A stretch of 49,537 nt of DNA, filler included, from Sphacelaria rigidula (lineage: Eukaryota): assembly GCA_964200075.2 (NCBI GenBank). It is 3 parts of 3 records of this genome, joined end to end, with 100 filler letters (N's around TTAATTAATTAA, not from the genome) between each part and the next. Parts side by side here need not be neighbours in the genome. Positions count along the whole stretch, not along the records: positions 16,549 to 32,994 come from CAXNAA020001355.1; positions 33,095 to 49,537 come from CAXNAA020001356.1; 1 more part is not named here. One strand, given 5' to 3'. Shown piece after piece: positions 23,401-34,719 of the stretch (position 1 is the first letter of the stretch; each line of letters starts with the position of its first letter). The translations under genes were made by a program, and so were the position numbers. The notes under the pieces were generated by a model. The model did not search any database and had not been told where the DNA came from. It saw only the letters and a program-made list of their open reading frames with translations.

Positions 23401-26400
23401 CGATGACCTGCTTGCTTGCTTCCACGGTTTGGACGAATCAAATCGTGATTCAACACGTGTTCATCATTTGAACGAATAAATCATACGATTCGTACATCAT
23501 TCGCGATTTGTGTATGTTTTGAAGTGTACACATTCCGAGTTCGAGATTCGTGCGGTACACCGTGGAGGTACATGTTTCCTACCTTCCCTTCATTCGGGGT
23601 AAACTATGGGCACATAATTATCTCCTTTAGTTCATGTGGGACGAATCATGTGTACATGTCACCCTACGCTTAGTTCAATCGGCATGAATTTCATGTACAT
23701 CTGCCCACCCTTGAGTTCATGTGGGACGAATCATGTGTACATGCCGCCCATCGCTTAGTTAATTCGGCATGAATCGCATGTGCATCTGCCCGCCCTCGAG
23801 GTCATGGGGGACGAATCGTGTGTACATACCGCCCAACGCTCAGTTCATTCGGCATGAATCGCGTGTACATCTGCCCTGGGGTAACTCGGCGTGGATGACA
23901 CCCGGAAGTATTTTCGGGGAAAGGGGGTGGGGGATACGTAAACTAGTATCATACTTTAAGCTGTGTGGTTTGAGGTGTGTTTTGGGAACATCCATTATGT
24001 ATGCAATGACTTCTTGGTTCACACATGAAACAATTCGCACGGTCCCGCAGATGGCGACGGTTTGTTCCCGCTTTCCACCCGTGATTCATGAGTCATGAAT
24101 CGTGGGCACGTGATTTTCACCTTGCCTTCATACGACCTGCATCATGTGTACACGTTTCTCACCTTTCCGTCATCCGGCACGAATCAAGGGTACATATTCT
24201 CCCCTTTTCATCATGAATCCATGAGTCATGAATACATGTTTCCCAACTTGCCTTCATATGGCATAAATCATGGGTGCACATGTATCCCCTTTAGTCCATG
24301 CGGGATGAATCATGTGTACGTGTCACCCACCTTTGCGTTCATGTGGGATGAATCATTGATACACGTCTCCTACCTTCAATTCATACGGCATGAATTATTG
24401 ATACATGTCTCCTACCCTTCAGTTCACGCGGGATAGATTGTGAGTACATATTCCTCCCGTCAAGTTTATGCGGGATGAACCATGGGTACATGTGGCCCAC
24501 CCTGTGGCTCATGCGGGATGACTCATGGGTACATGTGGCCCACCCTGTGGCTCATGGGGGATGAATCATGAGTATGTGTCTTCCACCAATGATTCGTACA
24601 TGGACAATGATTCGTACGTGTTTTTCGATACTGATTCGTGTTACACAGCCTGAAGTGCACACATTTCAAGTCCATGATTCGTGCGGCATAACCTTGAATA
24701 TACAACTTCACCATTAGTGATTCGTACTGAATGACTCAAGGGTACATTATTCGCGCTCGATCATTCATTAGGAGTCAACCCGTAAGAACTCTGATTCGTC
24801 CGAACCGTGCTTCCTTCTACGCATCCGTGCGGCGCGTTTATGATTCGAACGAATATCTACACGTGACAGCCTTGCTGAGACGAGTCGCTGTAGAGATACG
24901 AGAATTAGACCGAAAGCTGATATACATGATGTGCAAACAAACGCGCGCATCTACTGGCAGGTTCGCGTCTTCTCTGACATGATCAACAACATCTTCGCGC
25001 CACTGTTTGAGGTGTCAGTGAATCCGGATGCCAATCTTGCGCTTCATTCGTTCCTCAAGACGGTGGTAGGATTCGACTCAGTTGATGACGAAAGCAAACG
25101 AGAGACCGTGCAGCTCCACCCAGACAGGTAGGTGCCTATCAGCAGGTCTCACCAAGAGTATTGAGAAAGTACTATATCGCCACAACTATTCTCCGTTTCG
25201 GTCATATTTTGTTTCATTTGGAGCAAGGATCCCTGTGTACAAAACGGAAGATAACCCCTTTATTTTTCACATGATATTCATATATATGTTGATCAATTTC
25301 GGAACACTTTACCTTTCTTGCATGTCATATATCTCGAGTTCGGAGTCAAAAATATCAAATGGTTCACGTCGCAATCTACGGGATGCCCTTGACCAGGACT
25401 CACAAGCGCTTTCACAGAGCGAGCGCCAGCATCGAGGCATGTACACGGGGGGAGGGCGTCCTCAATTTCCCGGCGGTTTCAGGAAATACCGACACGACCA
25501 AAGCAATCGACATTCCAATCGGCTCGCAAATATCGGACTCTATGCACACAAGGTGTAAATGAAAAGGTTCTTGTTCCGGTTGCCATCATGATGTGCTGTG
25601 TCACGTCATCATCCCAAATCAAGTGTTTTGTCGTGCGGGAAAGTTATATGCACATGTATCATTTCACAATTTTTCACCACTTTTGCCGAGTTTTCTTTGG
25701 CAGCAAGGCATCTTTTCCCGCGATTTCTTCTGCAGCGCACTGAGAAGGCTGAGCGGTACATGGCCGTTCAGGTTTGGGTGTCATCTGGTACCTGTGGCGC
25801 GTGTTCTGGCCACTGAAAGTCGCTCCAACTGGCCCTTTTTCGCGGGGTGTCGATTCCGAACCACAAAAGCCTCTTCAAGATCATGGAAAACTTGGAACAG
25901 GAACCCGAACCACAAAAAAATCCTGTGGAAGATCATGGGAATCTTCGAACACGATTACTGTTGGTGGGGTATTTTCCCCCCGTATTTCTCTCTGTCGCGC
26001 CCTCATTCATTTGGGAGCACGAACACACCGGTTATACGGCCAGTATCACGAGAACATGAGAACAAAGCAGTTGAAAACAAATGAACATTGCCTTGGCCTT
26101 AGTCAGCAGCAAACACAAGACCGTACAATGGGCCGTTGGCGAGTTGAACAAGGCACAGCAGCACGGCAGCACAGGAATATATTGCCGCAAAAACAGCAAC
26201 CCTGTTTAAACAACAGGCGCGGTGATGTGGAAGCCACAGTGATGTACAAAGAACGTGCCAAGAATGTTCCACGCATTCCAATTTTCGGGAGTGCCTCCCG
26301 CTGTCATATCTTTGTGGCACGAGATCTACTTCGCGCTCTGGCACCTCGGAAATACCACACATGTTCACCGCCGGTGGTTCCGCCGTCGGCCTCCGTCCGA

Positions 26401-29400
26401 ACTCCCATATTTGCGAACGACATCCGATTACACATGCGATGTTTTGTACAGCCACGATCACTAATGTACATTGAAATACAACAGCCTCTCTTGACCATAT
26501 ATTTTCGACTTGCGTTACCGCCGGGAGGCCCGTACCAACCTCCCGAAGGGGAAACTTGTATAATGTGTCGTCTTCACCGTAGTCAACAGCCTCAACGCAA
26601 CACCGTTGCCCATCAATCCTGTTGGCGCAAGCGCTCTGAGATGTGGCTGGCTGATTGACTCGCGGGTGCCCGGGACCAAGACCCTCCAGCGCTATCAGAG
26701 CGTGAGCGGTGACTTTTACAACAGAACGGCACATACCTGTACGACAAAAGTTCAGTCACAGAAAATGTCACCCCGAGCAAGCAGCTCCGACTTTCAAGTT
26801 TTCCCTCAGAGATGACACGCAAAGCACGTGTTGCTACTGCATGTGCATCTGGAGAGATGTCTATCCTCATTGTTTTCGGCACATATGCATATGTGGTGAG
26901 ATCAAAGTTTCGATGTTCCAGTAGGCAATACTTCTTGGCAAGCGGGAGTTTCTGAGACCGGCTGGTGCGCTGTCGCGGCCACAAGAGCATGTTGGGTTTG
27001 GTCTACCGAATCCGATGTCGGGAGACGTGACCATCAAGTCGCCCAGCTGCCAGATTGCCATGAAATTGTAGAGTGAAACACGTGGTTCGAAAGCGTTTCT
27101 AGATGAGCTCACAAGTCTAGTTTGGTGCACCACTGCATCCCACCATAGGAGACGGACTTGTATGAGCCCGGAGCCGAGAGTCGTCGTCTATGCAGAGTTC
27201 TTCCAACTGGATCCTACAAAGGTGTCCGCTGAGCGCCTGGATTGTCAGCTCTTTCCGAAGCATTTTCTCTTTTTTCCTACCGTGGATCATGTCAAAAGTA
27301 TCCAAACAATGGTTAACAACAGTCACGAGTATTGTCCTACTGCAGCGTTTCTTTCGCTGTTTCCCCCGAGAGCCTTGCTGCCCGTGGAGTTTTTTTATTC
27401 CAACAAACGTTATATCGCATTTTGTCTGTCGCAAACAGTGGAATTACTTATTATATTAATAATTGTACTGCCATGTATCACCTGTTTCACAGCAGTGTAC
27501 CCGATCATCATGTATGTCATACTCGACTTGAACATAAGCACGTACGAAGTATACTTCTGTGTATTGGCTGTTTTTCGGGCGGTACCGCCATACAACTAAT
27601 AAACAATGTTGCTCACTAGAAGGCGTTATTACCTTGAACTCGGCAAAATCCACGTCAGGTTCAAGGTGAGACCCGTGAACTCATCGGGAAAAATGGAGCG
27701 GTAATTAAGTAGTACTGTCTTCACGACTAACCTTGTCAAAACCAAATATTCGCTGCAAACCCCAAACGGGTTCGACTTGATAAGACCAGCGGAGCGTCAT
27801 ACCGCCCACGCCTTGTGTATTACATGCTGTGCGTCGCATGTACACTAGTGTTCTGAAATAATAAACTTTAGTTTCATCGTGCACCTTGGGTATTTCATGA
27901 TGGGTGACTAATTTATGAGGACAATATTTTGGATCAAGACGACAGCAATGACTTGCACATGTTCAAGGAGGGAGTCTATTTTGAGGGTTGAGGGCAAGAG
28001 ACCATGATACTTCAAATCACCATCTTTCCCTATATGCGCGAAACACTGCAACACGACAGTTTCAACGACAATGAAACACGCACACATCTCCACATCCCGA
28101 TGCCAACTCAAACTGTAAGGTCTTCGAGCGGTCACTGCTTTCCATCGCGCTCGCTCCCTAAGCGGTGATGTGTGTGTTCGTGTGTGTGTTCGTTTGTGTC
28201 GAGTTGTCGGTAGATTTTTTGTGCTGCGTTTATTGTCCATGGGGGCAAACGTTTTTGTTACCTGAACGTCACGGTAGGAACATACGTCCACTTCAGTGCC
28301 ACTACTACACTAGCAGTGCCGTGCAGTATACCGGGGGAGAGATGAGTTGATCCGTTGAGACCACGGAGTTGTCCCGAGGAAGGGAAGGAGTTGGAGGTGT
28401 GGCCAAAAGGAAAGTACGGTTCGCTGGAGAGTGTCACTTGGTGTCACTGTACAGGTGTAGGTGCAATAACCGCCAGCTCGGAAGTGCTACTGCCGTACTG
28501 CATGCATGGAGCAAAATTCCGTAATTTTCGCGTTCGCGTGTATCAAAGGTGCGCGGCAAAGAAGTAGAAGATATGGCTCTTTGCATCTGCAGACTTAGTT
28601 GTTATACTCGTAGGTGCAGAGCGAAAGTCTGATACTTGCCGCTCGCTACTTTTGGGGGATTTCCGAGGTTTAGTTACTGCGCATATAGTACAGCTAGGGA
28701 GAAAGGTAAGAGTTCTGGGTACACCTGCTGACTTTGAAATCGTGATCAAGTATCATACCGTACCAGCCAAGAATTAACAGGTGACCGTATTTGAAGGAGC
28801 TCATGTTGCTGCCGGATCTGCACCTCCAACTGTTCCAGAAAGTGCTCACGTACACCTCAACGTGACAAATAACCAACGAAGCATGTTCCGAAATCGCTAT
28901 ATTCCCGCATGTCTCGGGTCGAGGGTTGAAAACGAATACGAGTATCGGTCACGATCCTCACATGTGTGCGAAGTTTTATTCATATTTCATATCGCCCATG
29001 CAACACAATTTTCACGAAGATTCAACATCCACATAAGGAGTTTTTCCGAACCCATTGCCGAAATCGGTACTTGTTTTCACAAGACATGGAATACATCGTT
29101 GAAAAGTTGTGTTCAGGCGGATCAAACTATCGACTCAATTTTTTTTATTTTTGACGCGTGTACTGAGAAAATCGTGTTTCAGGTAAACATTGGTCAAGAT
29201 TTTGGAGCTCGAGAAAGGGATCTTGTTTTCTGTTTTACGTCAGATTTGAACATGTCTCGTAAAGAGGGAACTTCATATCAAACAAGTATAACCTTTTGGC
29301 CAAAATTGAGTAAGAAAAGCGAACTTAACCCCCTTCCCTCCACTCCAGCGTGGAAATTTATGCTCGATACTGAACCGATGAATGATCAATGTCGAGTAAC

Positions 29401-31939
29401 TCCACGGATTTGGACAAATTGGAACTGCACCCAGGACTTTTTTATGGTGAAAAACACTGCTGTTGGTCGAGCTAAACGCTTATATAAATCCGGACCCCCC
29501 ACCAGTTGTTTTTCCAACGAACATCTTGGATTCAATATACCCCAGCCGTTAGAGAATAGCTCATGCACGCAAGACCTGCTTCTCCGAAGAGCAGAATATA
29601 TTTACCCACGCGACAGCTCGTACGCGCCTTGCTTCGGTGTGATCATGAAAGTTTGTTTGGTGACAGGCTTCAATAAACTGGGTGTCGTTTCGGGTGAGTA
29701 TTGTTTCGAGTCGGATCAGTTTTCGGTCTTTCCGGGTGCTTTTGTGGTGATTTTTCAAAAAAGGACTTGGATTCGTCTCGGTTGTACGCGTCGTTCAAAC
29801 TTTTTTTCATGTGTCAACTCGCCCAATGACTGAGAAATAACGATGCCCCATCCAAGGACAATTGTGTTGCCTGGTTGCATGGAGCATATCACCCACGGAA
29901 AAAGAGCAGGAGCAGAAATGAATAATTTTTGGCACAAGACGGAATGGTGTACCTATCGACTTCGAACGAATGCATTTGCCCTCTGGGGGGCATTAGTTGT
30001 TCCAGCCGCATGTCTGTTTGGCAACACGTATTGGAATGGATAGCAACGCCGTTTGCTCCTGGGTGGAAGCCGATGGTATGGTGTGGTAATTAATCCTCGA
30101 TAAGCGGTTGCCGATAGCCGTTTTGACATGTGACAGTGTGTCCGTCCGCCGGTGAACTTGATCTGTTGGAAAATTGTTCAATTGTTCAACTACTGGTCAG
30201 GTATCTGCCAACGCCTCAAGCATGGGACCTCCAGGAAAACCCTCCTTACACATACTGGAGTTACTACATCTCGCAGAACATCACCAGCCTCAATCGCTTG
30301 CGGAAATCGAAGGTGAAAACATGCGGCGGAGTTACAAGTTATTGATCGCCAAGTCGAAGAATGCATTGCTTAGGAACTGCCGTTTCGCAGAGGATCCACG
30401 CTTGAAACATATCGCTCTTTCTATTGGATCGTGTTTGCCCGCTACCATCAATCGATCAGTACAACAGCAAGTGTATAAAACGTTACCGTAGACATACGTC
30501 TCACACCTCGCGTTTCGTGCTTGTGCTACACAAGGGGCTGAACACGTTCGAGTACCGACCTCACTGTGGAGAAGCAGGGGACGTGGAACACCTGGCGGCA
30601 TGTTTCCTTCTTGCCGACCAGATCAACCACGGTCTTCTCCTCAGGAAGGTCCCAGGTACCCACCCTTGTGTTGGTGATGGTGATGATTCGTGCCATGATA
30701 TGTACGATGTACGATGTACAGCCTACACTACTACAGGGTAGAATGCATCTTGTCGATTTGTTCGCAGTTCATGTTTAACGTCACACCGGCCTGCAGGGTC
30801 GTTGCATACTCGATACGGCGCCATAATTGCACTCACACAAGTGGATGTTTCTTCTCCCAACAGGACTGCAGTACCTGTACTACCTTAAGCAGATCGGCGT
30901 GGCTATGAGCCCACTATCGAACAACAAGCTTTTCCTCGACTATGCCAAGAATCCATTCCCGAAGTACTTTGCGCAAGGCCTCAACGTGTCTCTTTCGACG
31001 GACGACCCACTGATGCTCCACTACACCAAGGATCCCCTTCTAGAGGAGTACAGTGTGGCAGCCCAGGTAAAATCAGCGTTGGTGCATTTTTATTTCAAGG
31101 GTGTGGGTCGATCTCATTGGCCCCTCTCAATGTCGCATTGCTCTCGGTGTGTGGATTGCACTGAGAGGTGGCCCCGGGACATGGTCAAACCCCTGGTGGT
31201 ACGCACGTACTGTCCATATGCTGACAGTACGGAGGTATCGAAGATATTGATAAGAGTTCCTCGGTGAGGATGTTGCCATGATATAGCAATCGCCCTTGCT
31301 CGCGAACGGATCGTTTTTACTTCCTCTTTCTTCCTTTCGAGGTGTGGAAACTGTCGTCTGTGGATCACTGTGAGATTGCCCGAAATAGCGTCCTGCAAAG
31401 CGGGTACGAGCACCGCTTCAAGAAGCACTTCCTGGGAGACAATTATGACGAGGTACAGTAGGAGAGCAATCATGTATATTCGCTACGGTAGTACGTCCCG
31501 CAACCAGTCATCTCTGCTTGTAGTAACGCGTCGCATCCAACCCTGGAGGTTGCCTCAGCACGCTCGTTATTGAATGAGTTTGTCTACCCTGACGCGTTGT
31601 GCTAAGGTCGTATCGTTTCGGTGCTTGGGCTGTCTGAAGAGAAGCGGTCACGGTGACAGATGGCTGGCCTTGGACTTGGTCATTGTGAAGTTGGCATTAT
31701 TTTGTTGCTCTTCGGTTCCTTCAGTTCCCGCCGATCGCCTGGCATCCACCCATTCCCACTCCAGATCCAGACGCTTGCTGATGAAGGACAATAGGACTCG
31801 GTCGCTGATGGGTTCTCGTGGCCTGTCGAGGTATCTCAAACAATCTATTTATCTTGATTCGTTGATTGTGCAGGGCGCAGACGGCAACGACATTCGCATG
31901 ACCAACGTCCCGGATATTCGCCTGAGGTACAGGCATGAG
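17480..31939 (+). CDS. AMPD: AMP deaminase (multi-exon; start and final exon not resolved)
   Basis: Phase-consistent exons 17480-17593, 17898-17981, 18522-18621, 18906-19015, 19247-19361, 19673-19809, 20055-20186, 22322-22504, 22706-22764, 22980-23118, 24961-25127, 30201-30312, 30535-30655, 30864-31066, 31342-31452, 31874-31939. Hallmarks: [82 protein letters not shown]. Confidence 0.96.
20200..20247. repeat. (TTGTG)n microsatellite
   Basis: Directly visible. Confidence 0.9.
20359..20610. mobile_element. MITE-like element with ~70-bp inverted ends
   Basis: GCTCATTATTTCGAATTTCGGGGTGAAATTTTGA vs TCAAAATTTCACCCTAGAATTCGACAAAATGAGC. Confidence 0.65.
20649..20970 (+). mobile_element. tRNA-derived SINE copy (second subfamily)
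   Basis: Head GCCCCGGTGGTCCCATG...GGATTCGATTCCCG plus the shared core TTGATCCCTTGAGACCAC...GGGGAGGGGTT. Confidence 0.7.
20983..21552. mobile_element. Palindromic MITE-like element with an internal partial duplication
   Basis: ~21013-21146 is inverted at 21278-21414 with high identity; ~20983-21072 is inverted again at 21465-21552. Confidence 0.75.
21705..22012 (-). mobile_element. tRNA-derived SINE copy, inverted partner of 20649-20970
   Basis: Reverse complement TGTGGTCTAATGGCCAGACTGTCACC...TTCCCGTCAG...ATTTGATTTCCATCGTCGAAAACGTGA aligns along the whole 20649 copy. Confidence 0.7.
23196..23309. mobile_element. 114-bp hairpin MITE flanked by TTAA (piggyBac-like)
   Basis: TTAA at 23192-23195 and 23310-23313; perfect 20-bp inverted repeat CCTTTGGGAACCCAGTGCTG / CAGCACTGGGTTCCCAAAGG; pairing continues inward (GTGAATCGGCA / TGCCGATTCAC). 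Confidence 0.8.
23565..24580. repeat. Degenerate ~42-43-bp tandem repeat in two blocks, interrupted at ~23878-24080
   Basis: Unit about GTTCATGTGGGACGAATCATGTGTACATGTCACCCTACGCTTA; alternating 43/42-bp variants in the first block. Confidence 0.85.
26099..27300 (-). pseudogene. Probable decayed transposon-associated ORF (DUF6729-like), antisense within an AMPD intron
   Basis: Ordered fragments across frames: SPD...PTCSCG...PRSI..., [22 protein letters not shown]...SRKYM. Recognised from memory only, with several stops and frameshifts. Confidence 0.3.
28321..28410 (+). mobile_element. Truncated SINE core fragment
   Basis: GTTGATCCGTTGAGACCACGGAG..GTCCCGAGGAAGGGAAGGAGTT matches the family core. 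Confidence 0.6.
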
Positions 31940-32994
31940 GTGAGCTATCACTCATCGTAGGTGGAGTAGTTATCTATATTTATGCACAGCAAGTATAACC
32001 TAGTGATTCTTAGCATGTCAAACCTCTAACTGCATTTTACACTTACCATGGCTACGGTAGTGGTTCTAGAGCTGTAGCCGTGTTTTTTCTCGATCCTGAA
32101 GTTTTTTACATGTAACGATCCGGATTTTGCATTAACAGAGGTTTACGGGTTTCTCCGGCAGATGCCTCTGTGTGCAGCTTCAACAGCGCCTCTTATGCCA
32201 TCCGCTAGGAGTTGAGCAGTGCAGCACACTGAATGGTTGTTCCGCAATTGTCTACAAAAGGTATACCCTCTCGTTTTTCGCCCAAGAAAGGTACGAGAAC
32301 TGAACAGGAATGTGAAAACAGCAAAACACACAATCTAGACAGTTTTCCTTCCGAATTTTTCATGCACATACATCAATCGGGCGTCTAGTTGGCACCCGGG
32401 CTCCAAAAAAAAACAGAAGAAAAACATGTCGCTCGCGATACACGGCCATGCGCAGAAGGACGTCTCGCCTCGAGAAACCACTTCCCCTTTCTAGGCCAAT
32501 ACCCACCAGGTATACCAGACCCAGGAATTCTTCTGAAACCGTACGAGGGTCGGGCAAATAATGATTCGTCTGGAAATTACTTGGTTCTAGTATGATGATT
32601 CGACTCGTGACGAATCTGTCCCTAGACTTTTATTTCAGCGTTGCAACCCAGGTACACGCAACCCAGACACGTGGAATGGCGCAAAAGTTGCGTGGATACC
32701 TCTTGGACCAGTGATCAACTTTTTTCTATTTTTTGGGCAATCAGGCCGAAGAAATCGTGAAGATGATGATTTAGAGTCGTGATGATTTGTCCGAACCGTG
32801 AAACCGTACCTCATTCTTCTTATCCGTCCCTTGAACCAACCATCACTGTCATGGGTGCGCCTGACCCCCCAAACTGGGCAAAAAAAGTGTCACCGACCAA
32901 AATCACGAAAAGACACGAACATATCGACTTTTGGGGCTTATTCAGGCTCGTCGGGTAAAATATGCCCAACGTCATCGGAAGAGAACGACATGGA

Positions 32995-33094
32995 NNNNNN
33001 NNNNNNNNNNNNNNNNNNNNNNNNNNNNNNNNNNNNNNTTAATTAATTAANNNNNNNNNNNNNNNNNNNNNNNNNNNNNNNNNNNNNNNNNNNN
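32995..33094. other. Artificial contig spacer N44-TTAATTAATTAA-N44
   Basis: Same 100-bp structure as 16449-16548. Confidence 0.97.
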
Positions 33095-33786
33095 GGGGGG
33101 GGGTGTGAGGGGTCCGGCCTCCTGGCGCGTGGCGGCGGCGACATCGAGACGGTTGGGGGGGGGGGGGGGGGGGCGTGACTAGGGCGTGATGGGCGCCACA
33201 TTCTTCATGCTCTGGTAAATACGACAAGAACAAGAGGCTTCACAGTAAAAACACGTGACTCATCACGTACTTCGTTTCTTTCGGGGGCAAAGGAGCGATA
33301 GCACAATCAGATCTCCGAGGTACGTTGAACAGTAACGTCCCACCCACGATAATGATTAGCGTCCCATCGTCTCGAAACTTCTGTTTTCAAATTATTTGAA
33401 CTGGCGGACAGGCGTGACTAACACGTACGAAAGTGGACCAGCGTCCACCCTGATGGACTGCATACGACCGTCCCTTCTTTACCGCTTATGTCATGTTGAA
33501 ATGTTGCAAGATTCCAACAACAATCAATGTCATGTAGAACTGTTGTGTCAAGGTGAAAATAATCATCACATACCGTATCGCCCTCTCCGACGTTTTGGGC
33601 CATTTTCCCCTACGGCCATCTCCTGCCGACGCTAATCCCTCTTCGCGTTGCGCCTGTATGACCTTTCATTGGATGTTTACCTCGCGTTCTATACACACCC
33701 ATAGCTGGCGAATTTGAATTTCTTCGTTACAACCCGACATGCACTGCCGCAGTATGTTCGTGCTCTATTTTGCTCCCCGTTCGTGC

Positions 33787-33990
33787 TCATCGGTGAGATT
33801 CATTTTTTTTTACCCGACTTCCGTTGCCGCTATAAGTTAGTGATCATCGGCGAGTAAGTAATTTGTTTTTGCCAGACTTGCACCGCCACAATACGTTCAC
33901 GATCATCGGCGAAATTCCTAATTTTTCGTTCATGATTTTTGACTTGCACTCCCGCTATTCGTTAATTATCATCGGCGAATTTCCTATGTT
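33787..33990. repeat. Degenerate tandem repeat, 4 copies of a TCATCGGCGA anchor at 57-66-bp spacing
   Basis: Anchors at ~33787, 33844, 33903 and 33969; intervening sequences are related (GACTT.C...CCGC.A). Confidence 0.75.
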
Positions 33991-34096
33991 TTCATGCTGT
34001 TTTCCCCTTGTCTAAAACCCCCCAAAACAACAAAAAACGCATCCCATTCCATCCATTGAGACATTTGAGACGTTCTCGAATTTGGTCACATCAGCG

Positions 34097-34719
34097 TAGA
34101 TATCTCGCTCACCGTCTCTTTCACGTAAATCCGGCAATATCCCCGCCACCGTGTTCGACGATCCAGCCCGCTTCTTGGCGAAGAGGGCGGTGCGCAGTGT
34201 AGTCAGCTTGGAGCGGGGCGCGCAGAAGAGTAGCCTGCACATCCCGCGTATCCTCAATACCGGCATCGTCAAGTCCTACTCGGACTACTGGAGGCTAGCT
34301 CAATGCTGACGTCCGGAAAAGCATCAAGACATTTGAGGGATGGGGTTCGGATCTCCACCTCAACAATGACGTTACGCCACCGGGATCGAAGCAGTACTTC
34401 GAGGGCAAGTTACTTGCAGCAAGTAACTTGATGCTGCTAACGGCTTCACGTCTATGTTGAGGCGGAGATCCGGACCCCATCCCTTAAATGTCTTCATGTT
34501 TTTCCGGACGTTGACGTTGAGCTTCTTGTCGTCCGAGTAGGACTTGACAATGCCGAGATTGAGGACACCCCGTATATGCAGGTTACTCTTCTGCGCGCTC
34601 CGCTCCAAGCTGACTACACCGTGCACCGCCCTCTTCTCCAAGAAATGGGCTACATCGTCGAACACGGTGGCGGGGATGTTGCCGGATTCACGTGAAAGAG
34701 GCGGTGAGCGAAAAATCTA
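34097..34719. mobile_element. Inverted pair of decayed Replitron-like HUH endonuclease fragments forming a ~620-bp palindrome
   Basis: Minus arm: DFSLT..GNIPATVFDDVAHFLEKRAVHGVVSLERSAQKSNLHIRGVL...KTFKGWG..LNIDVKPL. Plus arm: DISLTV..SLERGAQKSSLHIP...GSKQYFEG. Perfect 25-bp hairpin at the centre (34406-34430). Confidence 0.65.

Noticed and set aside
23565-24580. CRISPR-like periodicity
   Set aside because: Units are tandem and homologous throughout, with no unique spacers and no cas genes, in a eukaryotic intron.
33787-33990. Repeat-spacer-like array as CRISPR
   Set aside because: The anchor is only ~10 bp and the intervening sequences are related to each other.
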